64,000 nt of DNA from Eledone cirrhosa (GCA_964016885.1 OZ024763.1:434001-498000); one strand, 5' to 3'; positions 28,463 to 43,584 are shown, numbered from the stretch's first letter. Notes: generated by a model from the letters alone, not told the origin. A program made the numbers and translations.

Positions 28463-31400
28463 CTAAGAGATAGACAGATGTATAGACCAAGATTTACAAC
28501 AACACCAACATTAATAACATCGCCAATAACACCAACAACAGCAGCACTATACCACACCACCACTATCACTACCACCACCACTACAACACCACTACCACTA
28601 CACCACCACTACAACACCACTACCACTACACCACCACTACAACACCACTACCACTACACGACCACTACAACACCACTATCACTACCACCACCACTACAAC
28701 ACCACTACCACTACACCACCACTACAACACCACTACCATACCACCACCACAACCCCACTACCACCTACCACTACACCTACACCCCATCACTACCACCAAC
28801 ACCACTACCACCACTACTACTACACTACCACCACTACACACTACCACTACTACACCACCACTACTACACCACCACCACTACTACACCACCACCACTACTA
28901 CACCACCACCACCACTACCACCACCACTACCACCACCACCACTACCACCACCACCACCACTACATATTTACTCAATCAAGTTTCCAAGTCAGCAAACAAC
29001 AGAGTCATTTTGATATAGAATCTAATCAGGTTGTAACACCACCACCTCTCCCCTACCTGGTGGTGGTGGTGGTAGTAGTGGTAGTAGTGGTGGTGGTGGT
29101 GGTGGTGGTAGTAGTGGTAGTAGTGGTGGTGGTGGTGGTGGTGGTGGTAGTAGTGGTAGTGTTGGTTACTAGTGATGTAGTGTTGATGGTAGTAGTGGAT
29201 GGTGGTGGTAGTAGTGGTAGTAGTGGTGGTGGTGGTGGTGGTGGTGGTGGTAGTGTTGGTGGTAGTGATGTAGTGTTGATGGTAGTAGTGGATGGTGGTG
29301 GTATTGGTAATATTTCTGTTAGTGATGGTGTTGGTATTAGTGTTGGTGGTAGTGGTAGTAGTGGTGGTAGTGGTAGTGTTGGTGGTAGTTTTAGTGGTAG
29401 TGTTGGTGGTAGTTGTAGTGTTGGTGGTAGTGGTAGTGTTAGTGGTAGTGTTGGTGGTAGTGGTAGTGTTGGTGGTAGTGGTAGTGATGGTGGTAGTAGT
29501 AGTGTTGGTAGTGATGGTGGTAGTGGTAGTGTTGGTGGTAGTGGTAGTGTTGGTGGTAGTGGTAGTGTTGGTGGTGGTGGTAGTGGTAGTGTTGGTGGTA
29601 GTGATGGTGGTAGTAGTCGTGGTAGTGGTAGTGTTGGTGGTAGTGGAAGTGTTGGTGGTAGTGTTGGTGGTAGTGGTAGTAGTAGTGTTGGTGGTAGTGG
29701 TAGTGTTGGTGGTAGTGATGGTGGTAGTGGTGGTGGTAGTGGTAGTAGTAGTGTTGGTGGTGGTGTTGGTGGTAGTGATGGTGGTAGTGTTGGTGGTAGA
29801 GGTGGTGGTAGTGGCATTGATGCAGTGGTGGTGGTGTTAATGGTGTTTTTTGACATGTGTATTAGAAATGACCCCCCCTCCATCATACCATCTGTGACCT
29901 CTCCTGTAACAGCTGTGTCACTGCACCCCCCCCCCCCCCCCCCCGCATGTCACCTTACATTAGGGACCTAAACCTCCTACTCCTCGCTCTAAGTCTTCTC
30001 CTACTAAACCTCCCACTCCTCTCTCTCCCTTTCTATAACTCTTCTCTTCCTCACACACACACACTCACTCACTCACACACAGACCTAAACACACACACGC
30101 CCCTGCATTTTCTCTTCCAAGCATGCACACACAGACACACTCACACACACACACACTCACACACACACACTCACACACTCACACACAGACACTCACACAC
30201 ACAGACACACTCACACACACACACTCACACACACACTCACACACAGACACACACACACTCACACACACTCACACACACACACTCACACACACACACACTC
30301 ACACACACAGACACACTCACACACACCCTCTCAGTTTCTTCTATCTTTCTCTATCTCTCACACACATTTTCTGCATCTCTCTTTCTCTCTCTCCTTCACT
30401 TTTTGCTTCTCTCTCACTCTCCCTAATTTTCTGTTTCTCTGTCACTCTCCCTATCTCTCTTTCTCTCTCTCCCTCTCTTTCTCTCTCTCTCTGTCTACCT
30501 CTCCATCTCTCACTGTTTTTCTTTCCATCTCACTGTCCATCTATCAGTCTCTCTCTCAACTTCTCTCTATCTCTCATACATACATACCCTCTCACTCTCT
30601 CTCCCTTCCCCATCTCTCTCTCTTACCCCCTCCTACAACCTCTGATCCCATTCTCTCTCTCACTTTATCTTTATGAATCACAAACTAGCACCCCACCCCC
30701 TATATATAGCCCCACCCCCACACCCTATATATAGCCCCATCCCCACACCCTATATATAGCCCCATCACACACCCACCTCTCTCTCTCTCACTCTCTCTCT
30801 CTCTCACACCTTATCTTTTACTCTATCTCTTCCAATCATACCTTTTCTATCCCTCAATTTCTCACAACCCACTCTTTCTCTCTTTAATCTTTATGAATCA
30901 TATATTCCACCTCACCACACACACACACACACACACAAGCATATACCCTACCACACACACACAATAGCATATACCTACCACACACACACTAGCATATACC
31001 CTACCACACACATACACTAGCATATACCCTACCACACACATACACTAGCATATACCTACCACACACACACACTAGCATATACCTACCACACACACACACT
31101 AGCATATACCCTACCACACACACACTAGCATATACCCTACCACACACACACATAGTATCATACACCATACTTACACACACACACACTAGCATATACCCTA
31201 CCACACACACATACTATCATACACCATACTTACACACACATACTAGCATATACCCTACCACGCATACACTATCTCTCTCTCTCCCTCTCTCTCTATGACC
31301 CAACTTCTCTTAAAACTCTCTCCCCTCTCTAAACTCCATATGTCTCTCTCTCTCCCTCCCTCTCATAGAAATCCTTCTCTCTTTCATAGCTACTTCCTCC

Positions 31401-31831
31401 CCTCTTTCTCTCTTCCTCCCACTTCCTCCTTTTTCACAATTTATGTAATACATGTGTGTTTGTGTGTGTGATATATATGTGTGTGTGGTGTGTGTGTGTG
31501 TGTGTGTGATATACATATATATGTGTGTGTGTGTGATATATATACATGTGTGTGTGTATATATATATGTGGGGGGGGGGTACACATGGCTTCGAGTTTAG
31601 AGTATTTGGTTCAGGACCCTTAGATAATGGGTTTGGTTTTTAGAGCTTGTGTCCTTGAGCAGACCCCATGGTCCCTTGCTTAACAAGAACATATTTTTGA
31701 AGCCCTTAAAGGACCTGTAATTGAGAAGGGACAGTCTGCGTCACACCTCACTGTAGGATGCTGAATCTCCCTGAGAACAACATTAAAGGCTGTTCCGTTG
31801 GTCAAATAATTGGAACACTCATCTCTTCTCC

Positions 31832-32222
31832 AAACCTCCAGATGTCCCCCATCCCGTCGTAACCTCCAGATGTCCCCCATCCCATCCAAACCTCCAGATG
31901 TCCCCCCATCCCGTCGTAACCTCCAGATGTCCCCCCCATCCCGTCGTAACCTCCAGATGTCCCCCATCCCGTCCAAACCTCCAGATGTCCCCCATCCCGT
32001 CGTAAACCTCCAGATGTCCCCCATCCCGTCCAAACCTCCAGATGTCCCCCCATCCCGTCGTAAACCTCCAGATGTCCCACATCCCCGTCCAAACCTCCAG
32101 ATGTCCCCCATCCCGTCCAAACCTCCAGATGTCCCCCCATCCCGTCCAAACCTCCAGATGTCCCCCCATCCCGTTGTAACCTCCAGATGGTCCCCCATCC
32201 GCGATCCAAACCTCCAGATGTC
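31832..32222. repeat. ~28-30-bp minisatellite
   Basis: (aacctccagatgtcccccatcccgtc..)n, about 14 units. Confidence 0.9.
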
Positions 32223-32593
32223 TCCCATCATCTTCAGTGTTGTCCATTGTTTCAGTATTTCACTCAATGGTCTACAGCAACAACAACAGCAACAACAACC
32301 ACCACCACCACAACAACAACAACAACAACCACCACAACAACCACAATAACAACCACCACAACAACCACAACCACAACAACAACATTGATTATCTCCCCTT
32401 TGATATCTTCTCTTTCTTCTCTTCGTTAATACCAGCTTTAAAAAAAATAATTAAAAAAGAGTGCGAAACACTTCAATTCTAATTACAAACATTCAGTGTC
32501 GGTGTAATGTTGACGAACTTTGTACCATCTCATATTGCAATTAATTCTAATTTGATTATTATTATTATTGTTATTATTATTATTATTATTATT

Positions 32594-33035
32594 ATGGACA
32601 CTTTCCTCTTCGGTGAATCCCTGATTAACTTTTTCAAGTTTCACTTGAAGAGGAAAATCAAGGTGGAGAGGCAGGTGCTGTCTTCTGGCAAGTTTGTTGA
32701 AAGGTGGGTGAAAGTGGGGAGTGTGGTCCGAGTGAATTGTAGACTGAGGAGTGGGAGAACTGAGAGAGGGCGCTTGCCCTGGTGGTCTGGGTGGCCGTGG
32801 TCTTTTGTGTGGTTGTTTTCGCCATGAGTGACCCTCGGAAGTTTCCCCCCCCCCCCCCCCCCCCCCCCCCATTGGGAAATTTTTGATGTTTGAATTTTTT
32901 TGATATTTCTATCTTCTTGTTATAAGCTTTTTTTCACAACCAAAACCCACTCTGTATCGTCCTGTGCCGTCTCTAATGTTTTTCTTGATGTTAGCCCTTG
33001 TGGCCAATAAAGAAACCATTATTATTATTATTATT
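32594..33035 (+). mobile_element. 5'-truncated L1/Tx1-like LINE 3' end
   Basis: LINFFKFHLKRKIKVERQVLSSGKFVERWV resembles the Tx1 ORF2 C-terminus; AATAAA then (ATT)n; (ATT)n also on the left flank. Confidence 0.6.
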
Positions 33036-33400
33036 GTTTTATTCTGGGGGGTTTTTTCCGTTTTAAATTTTCTATTTTTCCAATTAGTGTCATATGAATT
33101 TTCATTTGTAAAAAAAAAAAATAATAATAATAATGATACACAAAACAAACAAACAAACAAACAAAAACAATATTAAAAAAACAAAGCAAAGAATACCCCC
33201 ACCCCCATCCAACCTCCACCCCACACACACGTCCCCACACCCCACACTCGTTACTGAAATTTTGTCAATGTTTTCAAAGTGTGAATTCTTTTGAGAAAAG
33301 AATGTGTATGTGTATGCATGCATATGGCTGTATATATATATGTGTGTGTATGTGTGTTTATGTTGGTATGTATGTAGTGTGTGTGTAGTGTATATGTGTT

Positions 33401-33444
<44 letters not shown>

Positions 33445-33589
33445 TGTGTGTGGGTACATATCTGTATGTGTGTGTGACTATATATATATATGTGTGTGTA
33501 TGCATGCATCTGTCTCTATATATATCGGTGTCTGTATGCATGCATGTGACTGTATATATATCTGTGTGTGTGTGTGTATGTATGTATGT

Positions 33590-33623
<34 letters not shown>

Positions 33624-33630
33624 ACATACA

Positions 33631-34715
33631 GTATGTAGGAAAGGTGTAGGTAGGAACTCCATTCTCTGCCCCAAATGCAAACAATGGGTACACAAGAGAT
33701 GTAGCGGGATCTCAGGAAGCTTAATTAAGAATGTTGGATTCACATGCAGCAGCTGTGCTGAAACAGCAAGCAGCAAACAGCCACAGGAAACAAGTACCAC
33801 CAATCTCTGGGAGGGCCCTGTAGAAACAGTAGACAGCTTCTGCTACCTAGGTGACCGAATTAGCAACGGAGGTGGGTGTTCAGAAAGTACAATAACTAGG
33901 GTAAGAGCGGGATGGAAGAAGTTCAGGGAGCTACTGCCACTGCTAGCTGCAAAAGGCTTTTCTCTCAAAATGAAAGGCAGACTGTATGATGCGTGTATCC
34001 GAACAGCGATGTTGCATGGTAGTGAGACCTGGGCGCTGAAGGTGGAAGACTTACGTAGATTAGAGAGAAACGAAGCCTGCATGCTCCGATGGATGTGTAA
34101 CAGTAATATACGTGAACGACAAAGCATAAATGAATTGAGAGAGAGACTGAGCATAAGAGGAATCAAATGCTGTGTGCAGGAGAGGCGGTTGCGCTGGTAT
34201 GGACATGTGATGCGTATGAAGGATGACAGCTGCATAAAAAGGTGCAGAGCACTAGAAGTTGATGGAAACCGCGGAGTGGGGAGACCCAAGATGACCTGGG
34301 ATGAGGTGATAAAAGCCGACCTTACCCAATTACACCTCTCAAAGACAATGACACACGACCGTGACTTCTGGCGTCACGCAGTAATACAGAGTACCCAACC
34401 TCCCGGGTACATGCTGAAGCATATAAACAATATGCCCCCACACCCCCCACCGCAAGGTGGTCGTGGAGGTGCCACGGCAAAAAAGCACCCAGCCCACACT
34501 GTAAAGTGGACGTGTAGGCGCCACGAAAAAGCACCCAGCACTCACTGTAAATGAGGTTGGTGTTAGGAAGGGCATCCAGCTGTAAAAATCAAGCCAAATC
34601 AGTTCCTGTATGAGCAAGGCATGGTCAGCCGACCAGACACTGCCCACAACAGGACAACCCGTCTAACCCATGCTAGCGTGGAAGAACGGACGTAAAACGG
34701 TGATGATGATGATGA
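33631..34715 (+). mobile_element. 5'-truncated RTE LINE with uninterrupted ORF C-terminal part
   Basis: CRKGVGRNSILCPKCKQWVHKRCSG...CSSC, then VDSFCYLGD, RAGWKKF, ERRLRWYGHVMR, GRPKMTWDEV; open 33631-34554; (GAT)n tail. Confidence 0.92.
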
Positions 34716-34796
34716 TGTGTGTGTGTATATGTATATATATATACAGCCGACCATGTTATTCTTCACTCTTTCACTATATATATATATATATATACA

Positions 34797-35168
34797 GTAC
34801 AAAGTGAAACCTACTACAGTCAGTAGGCACCTCTAACAAAATACACCCCAGCCCCACCCCATCCACACCACCCCTTTCAATGTAAAGTTATGTTGGTGCC
34901 ACACCATCCAGGCCGAAACAAATGAAGTCGTGTAGGTGTCACGACAAAAAAACACACAGTCCACGCTGTAATGTGGCCGTGTAGGTAACACGGTAAAAAC
35001 CTCCCAGTCCACACTGTAAACGTGGTTGGTGTTGGGAAGGGCATCCAGCTGTAGAAAACCCGCCAGACAGTCCTATACGAGCAATGACAACCACTCTTGC
35101 CTCAAGTGGGAAAACTCCCGTCCAAACCCATGCAAGCGTGGAAGATGGACGTTAAACGATGATGATGA
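34797..35168 (+). mobile_element. RTE LINE 3'UTR fragment
   Basis: Closely similar to 4640-5140 but with a single 112-bp unit. Confidence 0.85.
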
Positions 35169-35172
35169 TACA

Positions 35173-35242
<70 letters not shown>

Positions 35243-36612
35243 TATATATATATATATATATACATACATGTTCTAAATCTCTCTATTATTCTATCAAGGT
35301 AATATGTGGCAAGAATGTATAAAATTCCCATAATTTGTCCAAATGGTATTTCAAAGATTTCTTTTAATTTCATCATCACCACCACCATCATCATCACCAC
35401 CACCACCATCATCATCACCACCACCACCATCACCACCACCACCATCACCACCACCACCATCATCCCGACCACCACCATCATCACCACCACCACCATCATC
35501 ACCATCACCACCATCATCACCATCCCCACAACCATCACCACCACCACCACCACCACTATACCACCACCACCACCATTACCACCACCACCACCACCATCAT
35601 CATTATTGTTATTATTCCTGTTGTTATTATTGGTGGTGGTGTTGTTGTTGTTGTTGTTGTTTTGTTTGTTTGGTGTTTTAATCATTTATTTATTTGTTTG
35701 TTTTCTGTATTTAATTATTCTCGGTGTTTGTTCTGCAATTATGGTTGTACTGTGTGTGTGTGTGGTTGTACTGTGTGTGTGTGTGTGTGTGTGTGGTTGT
35801 GTGCATGGCAGTGTTTGCTTGTGTGTATATGTGTCTGTGTGTGTGTGTGTGGTTCTATGTTTGTGTGTGCCTGCTCTGTGTGCGTGTGTGTGTGTGTGGT
35901 TGTGTATGTGTCTGTGTGGTTGTCTGTGTGAGTGTGGTTGTGTCAGTGTGTGGTTGTCTATGTGTGGTTGTGTATGTGTCTGTGTGAGTGTGTGGTTGTC
36001 TCAGTGTGTGTGTGTGTGTCAATATGTATGTATGTCTGTATGTGCGTGTGTATGTCAATGTGTGTGTATGTCTGTGTATGTGCGTGTGTATGTATGTGCG
36101 TGTGTATGTCAATGTGTGTGTGTATGTCTGTGTATGTGCATGTGTATGTCAATGTGTGTATGTATGTATGTGCGTGTGTATGTCAATGTGTGTGTGTATG
36201 TCTGTGTATGTGCGTGTGTATGTCAATGTGTGTATGTATGTATGTGCGTGTGTATGTCAATGTGTGTGTGTATGTCAATGTGTGTATGTCAATGTGTGTG
36301 TATGTCTGTATGTCGCTTGGACGTTTTAAAGAAACTTCAGCCAGTCATATGACATCACAAAATGGTTTCACGGAATCCAAATTAGTGCCGAGTAATTTGC
36401 AGACAACAATCTGAGAATTCTACTGAAATATGTTGAAGTAAATGACAGAGAGAGGGGGAGTGAGTGAGTGAGAGAGAGAGAGAAGAGGGGGAGATGATGG
36501 AGTCACTGTTGGTTTTAATGAGGAACATTCAGCCGTTATTGATCAAACGATCAATAAGATGTTACGTAGCTCCAGTAAATGTTTTTGTGTTACCTGTTTC
36601 TTCTTACAGTAA

Positions 36613-36650
36613 TCCTCTGATGAAGGGATTTTGACCCCGAAATATTAGGG
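36613..36650 (+). ncRNA. Minimal type I HHR
   Basis: tcct CTGATGA aggg-attttgac-ccc GAAA ta TT aggg. Confidence 0.7.
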
Positions 36651-36823
36651 CATTGATAAAATAACATGCAACACACTAACATCTTCGTTGTCTTCAGTAT
36701 CTTCAGAATCTATCGTGACTGTTTCACATTGTTGTTTTGCTTTGTTAGAATAACATACTACTTTATATCTATCTATCTATCTATCTATCTATATATGTGT
36801 GTGTGTGCAACTATTATACAATA

Positions 36824-36880
36824 TGCACCTGATGAGGTTGCCAGGATTTTACGTAACCTGGTCATTGAAATATGTATATA
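36824..36880 (+). ncRNA. HHR core (stem I disrupted), related to 62102
   Basis: CTGATGA ggttgccagg..cctggtcatt GAAA tatgta TA. Confidence 0.55.
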
Positions 36881-36967
36881 TATATAGTCATTGAAATATA
36901 TATATATCGCTATATGTCTCTCCACCACTCCCCTACACACCCTTTGAACTCTGTTCCCACACACTTC

Positions 36968-37000
36968 TCACCTGAGGAAGGGCTTATGCCCGAAACGTCG
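36968..37000 (+). ncRNA. Minimal Penelope-type HHR in element ~36915-37093
   Basis: CTGAGGA agggc-ttat-gccc GAAA cg TC; downstream AATAAA; stem I poor. Confidence 0.7.
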
Positions 37001-37223
37001 TTCCCCACCACCACCCCACTCTCCAGAGCGTGAAATTAATAAACATTCGTTGTACTGCCTCTCTGTTTTGTTCCTGTTAAAATTTTTCCATCCTATATAT
37101 ATATATATATATATATATAGTATAGTATTAAAAAGTTTGAAAGCCACGACAATGCGGATTAGACAGAAAATAATTAAGTTGTAAGAAACGAGGGGTGTTT
37201 TTTTTACCTTAATTTATTCATAT

Positions 37224-37263
37224 GCCCTGATATTTTGAGATGAATATCTCTTCTTCCGAGGAA
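37224..37263 (-). ncRNA. Decayed HHR (3527 family)
   Basis: Minus strand cct CGGAAGA agagat..atctc AAAA ta TC aggg; upstream flank homologous to 3475-3530. Confidence 0.55.
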
Positions 37264-37445
37264 AATAAAGGAACTATTCCAGTGTCCGATGTGGCTTGCT
37301 ATACCATGCTGGCCAGAAGTAGTTTTTTTTTTTTCCCCAACCTCTTTTGTTTTAAAAATTAAGGTCTGGACAGATCCCAGAGTTATTTCCCTTTAATTCT
37401 ACATTGATACATATATACTAATACATGCTGACACACATATATATA

Positions 37446-37664
37446 GTGTTTTTGCTACAATAAAACTTTAAGGGAACATCACCAGTCTGGCCTCTTGTTA
37501 TTTTAATGAAACTAATAATTAACTCCCCTCCAGCACGACCAACAGGATTCAACACCAAAGATGGCTGAGTTGCATAACGTAGAGTGCTTTTGTTACTATT
37601 ACATCATGGTTACCTAAATGGAATGGCCAGTTCTATCCAGTGGTGAACCACCAAACTTAAATGA
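37446..37664 (+). mobile_element. Tail-only copy of the 62005 HHR family
   Basis: 37459-37507 matches 62161-62210; contains GTAGAGTGCTTT. Confidence 0.55.
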
Positions 37665-37671
37665 ATATATA

Positions 37672-38595
37672 TCATCATCATCATCACCATCACAATTTTA
37701 CGCCCATTCTTCCATGCTAGCATGGGTTAGACGGGTTGTCTTGTCGTGGGCAATGTCAGGTTGGGTGACCTTGTCTTGCTCATACAGGAACTGATTTTGG
37801 CTTGATTTCTACAGCTGGATGCCCTTCCTAACACCAACCTCATTTACAGTGTGGGCTGGGTGCTTTTTTACCGTGGCGCCTACACGACCACTCTACAGTG
37901 TGGGCTGGGTGCTTTTTTACCGTGGCGCCTACACGACCACTCTGCAGTGTGGGCTGGGTGCTTTTTTACCGTGGCGCCTACACGACCACTCTGCAGTGTG
38001 GGCTGGGTGCTTTTTTACCGTGGCGCCTACACGACCACTCTGCAGTGTGGGCTGGGTGCTTTTTTACCGTGGCGCCTACACGACCACTCTGCAGTGTGGG
38101 CTGGGTGCTTTTTTACCGTGGCGCCTACACGACCACTCTGCAGTGTGGGCTGGGTGCTTTTTTACCGTGGCGCCTACACGACCACTCTGCAGTGTGGGCT
38201 GGGTGCTTTTTTACCGTGGCGCCTACACGACCACTCTGCAGTGTGGGCTGGGTGCTTTTTTACCGTGGCGCCTACACGACCACTCTGCAGTGTGGGCTGG
38301 GTGCTTTTTTACCGTGGCGCCTACACGACCACTCTGCAGTGTGGGCTGGGTGCTTTTTTACCGTGGCGCCTACACGACCACTCTGCAGTGTGGGCTGGGT
38401 GCTTTTTTACAGTGGGTGGGGGTGGGGGCATATTGTCTATATGCTTCAGCTTGTACCCGTGGGAAGTCGGGTCTTCTGTATTACTGCGTGACGCCAGAGG
38501 TCTCGGTCATGTACCATTGCCTTTGAGAAGTGTAATTGGGCAAGGTCAGTTTTTATAACCCCTTCCCAGGTCTTCTTGGATCTCCCCACTCCAAG
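37672..38595 (-). mobile_element. RTE 3' end containing a 49-bp tandem array (~37845-38412, about 11.5 units)
   Basis: ORF end GVGRSKKTWEGVIKTDLAQLHFSKAMVHDRDLWRHAV; nearly identical 49-mers. Confidence 0.88.
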
Positions 38596-38984
38596 GCACA
38601 CGTGTGTGTGTGTGTGTTTGTTTCTGTGTGTGTCTGTTTCTGGTGTGCCTGTGTGTGTGTCTGTGCCTGTATGGTTGTGTGCATATCAGTGTTTGCTTGT
38701 GTGTATATGTGTCTGTGTGTCATCGCCCTTTAGAGGTGCAATTGGGCAAGGTCAGTTTTTATAACCTCGTCCCAGATCTTCTTGGGTCTCCCCACCCCAA
38801 GGCACGTGTATGTATGTATGTATGTGTGTCTCTGTGTCTCTGTGTGTGTGTTGAGTTTTCAACTTTCACATCACATCTTAATTACTCAAATGTCACTGAG
38901 ATTATGATTGTCCTAACGGAATGAAACTTAAGCAGTTATGAAGTTGCTCTCAAATTTAGAAATCCTAATACAGGATCTCTCATC

Positions 38985-39355
38985 CCTCTCTCTCACCTCT
39001 CTCTCTCACCTCTCTCTCTCTCACCCCCCTCTCTCCCGCTCTCTCTTAGTCTCTCTCACATTTTCTCTCTATTTCTCTCTCACACATGCACACACACACT
39101 CTCTTTCTCTCATATGCACTTTCTTTCTCTCTCTCTCTCATACATTTTCTTTCTCTCTCTCTCACCTCTCTCACTCTCATACATTTTCTTTCTCTCTCTC
39201 TCACCTCTCTCACTCTCATACATTTTCTTTCTCTCTCTCTCACCTCTCTCTCTCACCTCCCTCTCTCCCGCTCTCTCTTAGTCTCTCTCACATTTTCTCT
39301 CTATTTCTCTCTCACAGATGCACACACTCACTCTCTCTTTCTCTCATATGCACTT

Positions 39356-39390
<35 letters not shown>

Positions 39391-39523
39391 CCTCTCTCTC
39401 ACCTCTCTCACTTCTCTCTCTCACCTCCCTCTCTCCCGCTCTCTCTTAGTCTCTCTCACATTTTCTCTCTATTTCTCTCTCACACATGCACACACACACT
39501 CTCTCTTTCTCTCATATGCACTT

Positions 39524-39558
<35 letters not shown>

Positions 39559-39917
39559 CATTTTCTTTCTCTCTCTCTCACCTCTCTCACTTCTCTCTCT
39601 CACTCACCTCTCTCACTTCTCTCTCTCACCCCCCTCTCTCCCGCTCTCTCTTAGTCTCTCTCACATTTTCTCTCTATTTCTCTCTCACACATGCACACAC
39701 ACACTCTCTCTTTCTCTCATATGCACTTTCTTTCTCTCTCTCTCTCATACATTTTCTTTCTCTCTCTCTCTCATACATTTTCTTTCTCTCTCTCTCACCT
39801 CTCTCACTTCTCTCTCTCACCTCCCTCTCTCCCGCTCTCTCTTAGTCTCTCTCACATTTTCTCTCTATTTCTCTCTCACACATGCACACATACACTCTCT
39901 TTCTCTCATATGCACTT

Positions 39918-39954
<37 letters not shown>

Positions 39955-40093
39955 TCTCTCACACCTCTCTCTCTCTCTCACCTCTCTCACACCTCCCTCT
40001 CTCCCGCTCTCTCTTAGTATCTCTCACATTTTCTCTCTATTTCTCTCTCACACATGCACACACACACACTCTCTCTTTCTCTCATATGCACTT

Positions 40094-40128
<35 letters not shown>

Positions 40129-40720
40129 TCTCTCACTTCTCTCTCTCACCCCTCTCACCTCTCTCTCTCACCTCCCTCTCTCCCGCTCTCTCTTAGTCTC
40201 TCTCACATTTTCTCTCTATTTCTCTCTCACACATGCACACACACACACTCTCTCTTTCTCTCATATGCACTTTCTTTCTTTCTCTCTCTCTCTCTCTCTC
40301 TCTCTCACCTCTCTCTCTCACCTCCCTCTCTCCCGCTATCTCTTAGTCTCTCTCACATTTTCTCTCTCTTAGTCTCTCTCACATTTTCTCTCTATTTCTC
40401 TCTCACACATGCACACACACACTCTCTCTTTCTCTCATATGCACTTTCTTTCTTTCTCTCTCTCTCTCTCTCTCTCTCTCACCTCTCTCACTTCTCTCTC
40501 TCACCTCCCTCTATCCCGCTCTCTCTTAGTATCTCTCACATTTTCTCTCTATTTCTCTCTCACACATGCACACACACACTCTCTCTTTCTCTCATATGCA
40601 CTTTCTTTCTCTCTCTCTTGTACATTTTCTTTCTCTCTCTCTCTCATGCACTTTCTGATTCACACATACATTCTCTCTTTATCACACATACACACATTCT
40701 CCCCACCCTCTCTCTCTCTC
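38985..40720. repeat. Higher-order CT-rich compound repeat
   Basis: Recurrent cccgctctctcttagtctctctcacatttt...catatgcactttc blocks roughly every 170-200 bp. Confidence 0.8.
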
Positions 40721-41163
40721 TATATATATATACAGAGAAAGAGAGAGAGATATTACATGTATATAGTACATGTAAAGTATACAGAGCGAGGGTGAGATGG
40801 TATATATATATGTTTATATGAGAGAGAGAGAGAGAATGCAGTCTTTGTAATGGAAAAATTTCTTTGAAAAAGCCAGTCCTTCCTGACTGAAATCTGACCC
40901 TGGTATAATTGGCAAGAAACCTTTCAAGAGTGGATAGAGTCCTTTATTTCTAACATGTGTGAAATATTGTAATATTGTAATGTGCTGAGGAAATTACACT
41001 TAAATACTTCAACATAATCTTGTTGAACTATCTTGACACCCGCCATTTCAACGTTTATACAGTTGCTACAGTTGATGTTGTAGTTGGCTTTTTCCATGTG
41101 ATAAGGGGCAGTTAGTTTTCTTAGTTTTCAATGACAGGATGGTGATGGTGTTTGTGTATGTGA

Positions 41164-41209
<46 letters not shown>

Positions 41210-41218
41210 ATATATATA

Positions 41219-41260
<42 letters not shown>

Positions 41261-41704
41261 TGTACACAGAAGGTCAGTTTGTAATATTGCCAGAAATATA
41301 TAATAAAACACACTGTTTCGTTATGGTTAGCTTTTTTAGTTTTGTTTGTTTGTTTGTGTGTGTGTGTGTGTATGTGAGTATATATATGTATGTATGTGTA
41401 TGTGTATATATACATACACACATGGGAGGGTCATGTTATAATAGTGCCAGAAATATTTAATAAAACACACTCACTGTTTGATTTGTGTTAGTTTATTTAA
41501 TTTTCAATGACATGATGGTGATGGGAGTGAGTGTGTCTGTGCCTGTGTGTGTGTGTGTCTGTGTGTCTGTGTGTGTGTGTGTCTGTGTATATCTTAATTA
41601 ATGGTTAATTAGTCTCTAATGGGAGGCAGAGCTATATATAAGTGAAGTTAGAGAGACAAAAATGTATGTCTATCTTGTTTATACTCGCAGAATTAGTTTT
41701 TTTA

Positions 41705-42372
<668 letters not shown>

Positions 42373-42413
42373 ATATTTACACACATATATATATATATGT
42401 GTGTGAGTGTGTG

Positions 42414-42465
<52 letters not shown>

Positions 42466-42590
42466 GTGCTGATATTTATATATGTATGTAGTGATGATAT
42501 ATATATATATCACATACACACTGATATATATATGCATATGATATATATACACATACACACTGATGATGTGTATATATATATATATGTACA

Positions 42591-42633
<43 letters not shown>

Positions 42634-42892
42634 CACATACACAGTGATGATATATAAACACACACACACACACACACAGTGATGTTATATATATGCACAC
42701 ACACAGTAATGATATATATATATGTATATATGTATACAGCTAATCAGAGTGTGTATATATTTTATGGGGACACACTGTATATATATATATATATATATAT
42801 ATTGATATTATACTCCAGAAAAATCTGTTGATTGCTTCTAATCTGTTATAAATTAACTTTTGTTGAATATTCAACAAATTAAATAACTCATT

Positions 42893-42945
<53 letters not shown>

Positions 42946-42999
42946 TATATACATCTCTCTCTCTCTCTAGCATTGAAGATGGACATTAAACGATGATGA

Positions 43000-43034
<35 letters not shown>

Positions 43035-43058
43035 TCTCTCTCTCCTTCTCTCTCTGTG

Positions 43059-43109
<51 letters not shown>

Positions 43110-43133
43110 CACGTCTCTCTCTTTCTCTCTGTG

Positions 43134-43187
<54 letters not shown>

Positions 43188-43190
43188 GTG

Positions 43191-43223
<33 letters not shown>

Positions 43224-43328
43224 CATCTCTCTATCTCCTTCTCTCTCTGTGCTATATATATATATATATATATATGTATATACACGTCTCTCTCCTTCTC
43301 TCTCTCTCCCACACTCTTTCTCTCTGTG

Positions 43329-43372
<44 letters not shown>

Positions 43373-43584
43373 CACATCATCATCATCAATGTCCTCTTAC
43401 CACCACCACCACCATTACTTCTCCCTCCTATTTAGTCACCTGTCACTCTCCCCCCTCCCACCTCCCCCACCCTCACATCATTATAACCTCCTATTGTCAT
43501 CTTCGTCAGCTTTTGTTGTGTTTAATGAGCAGCCACTGTTGTCTTAGTAAATTAATTCCATAAATATTTTAGGATTATATATAC

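Noticed and set aside
28478-29971. 497-aa Thr/His/Val/Gly-Ser ORF and other poly-residue ORFs
   Set aside because: Translations of trinucleotide and dinucleotide microsatellites with no splice or domain evidence.
32483-32872. Minus-strand 129-aa ORF resembling a low-complexity transcription factor
   Set aside because: Better explained as the antisense of the + strand Tx1-like 3' end.
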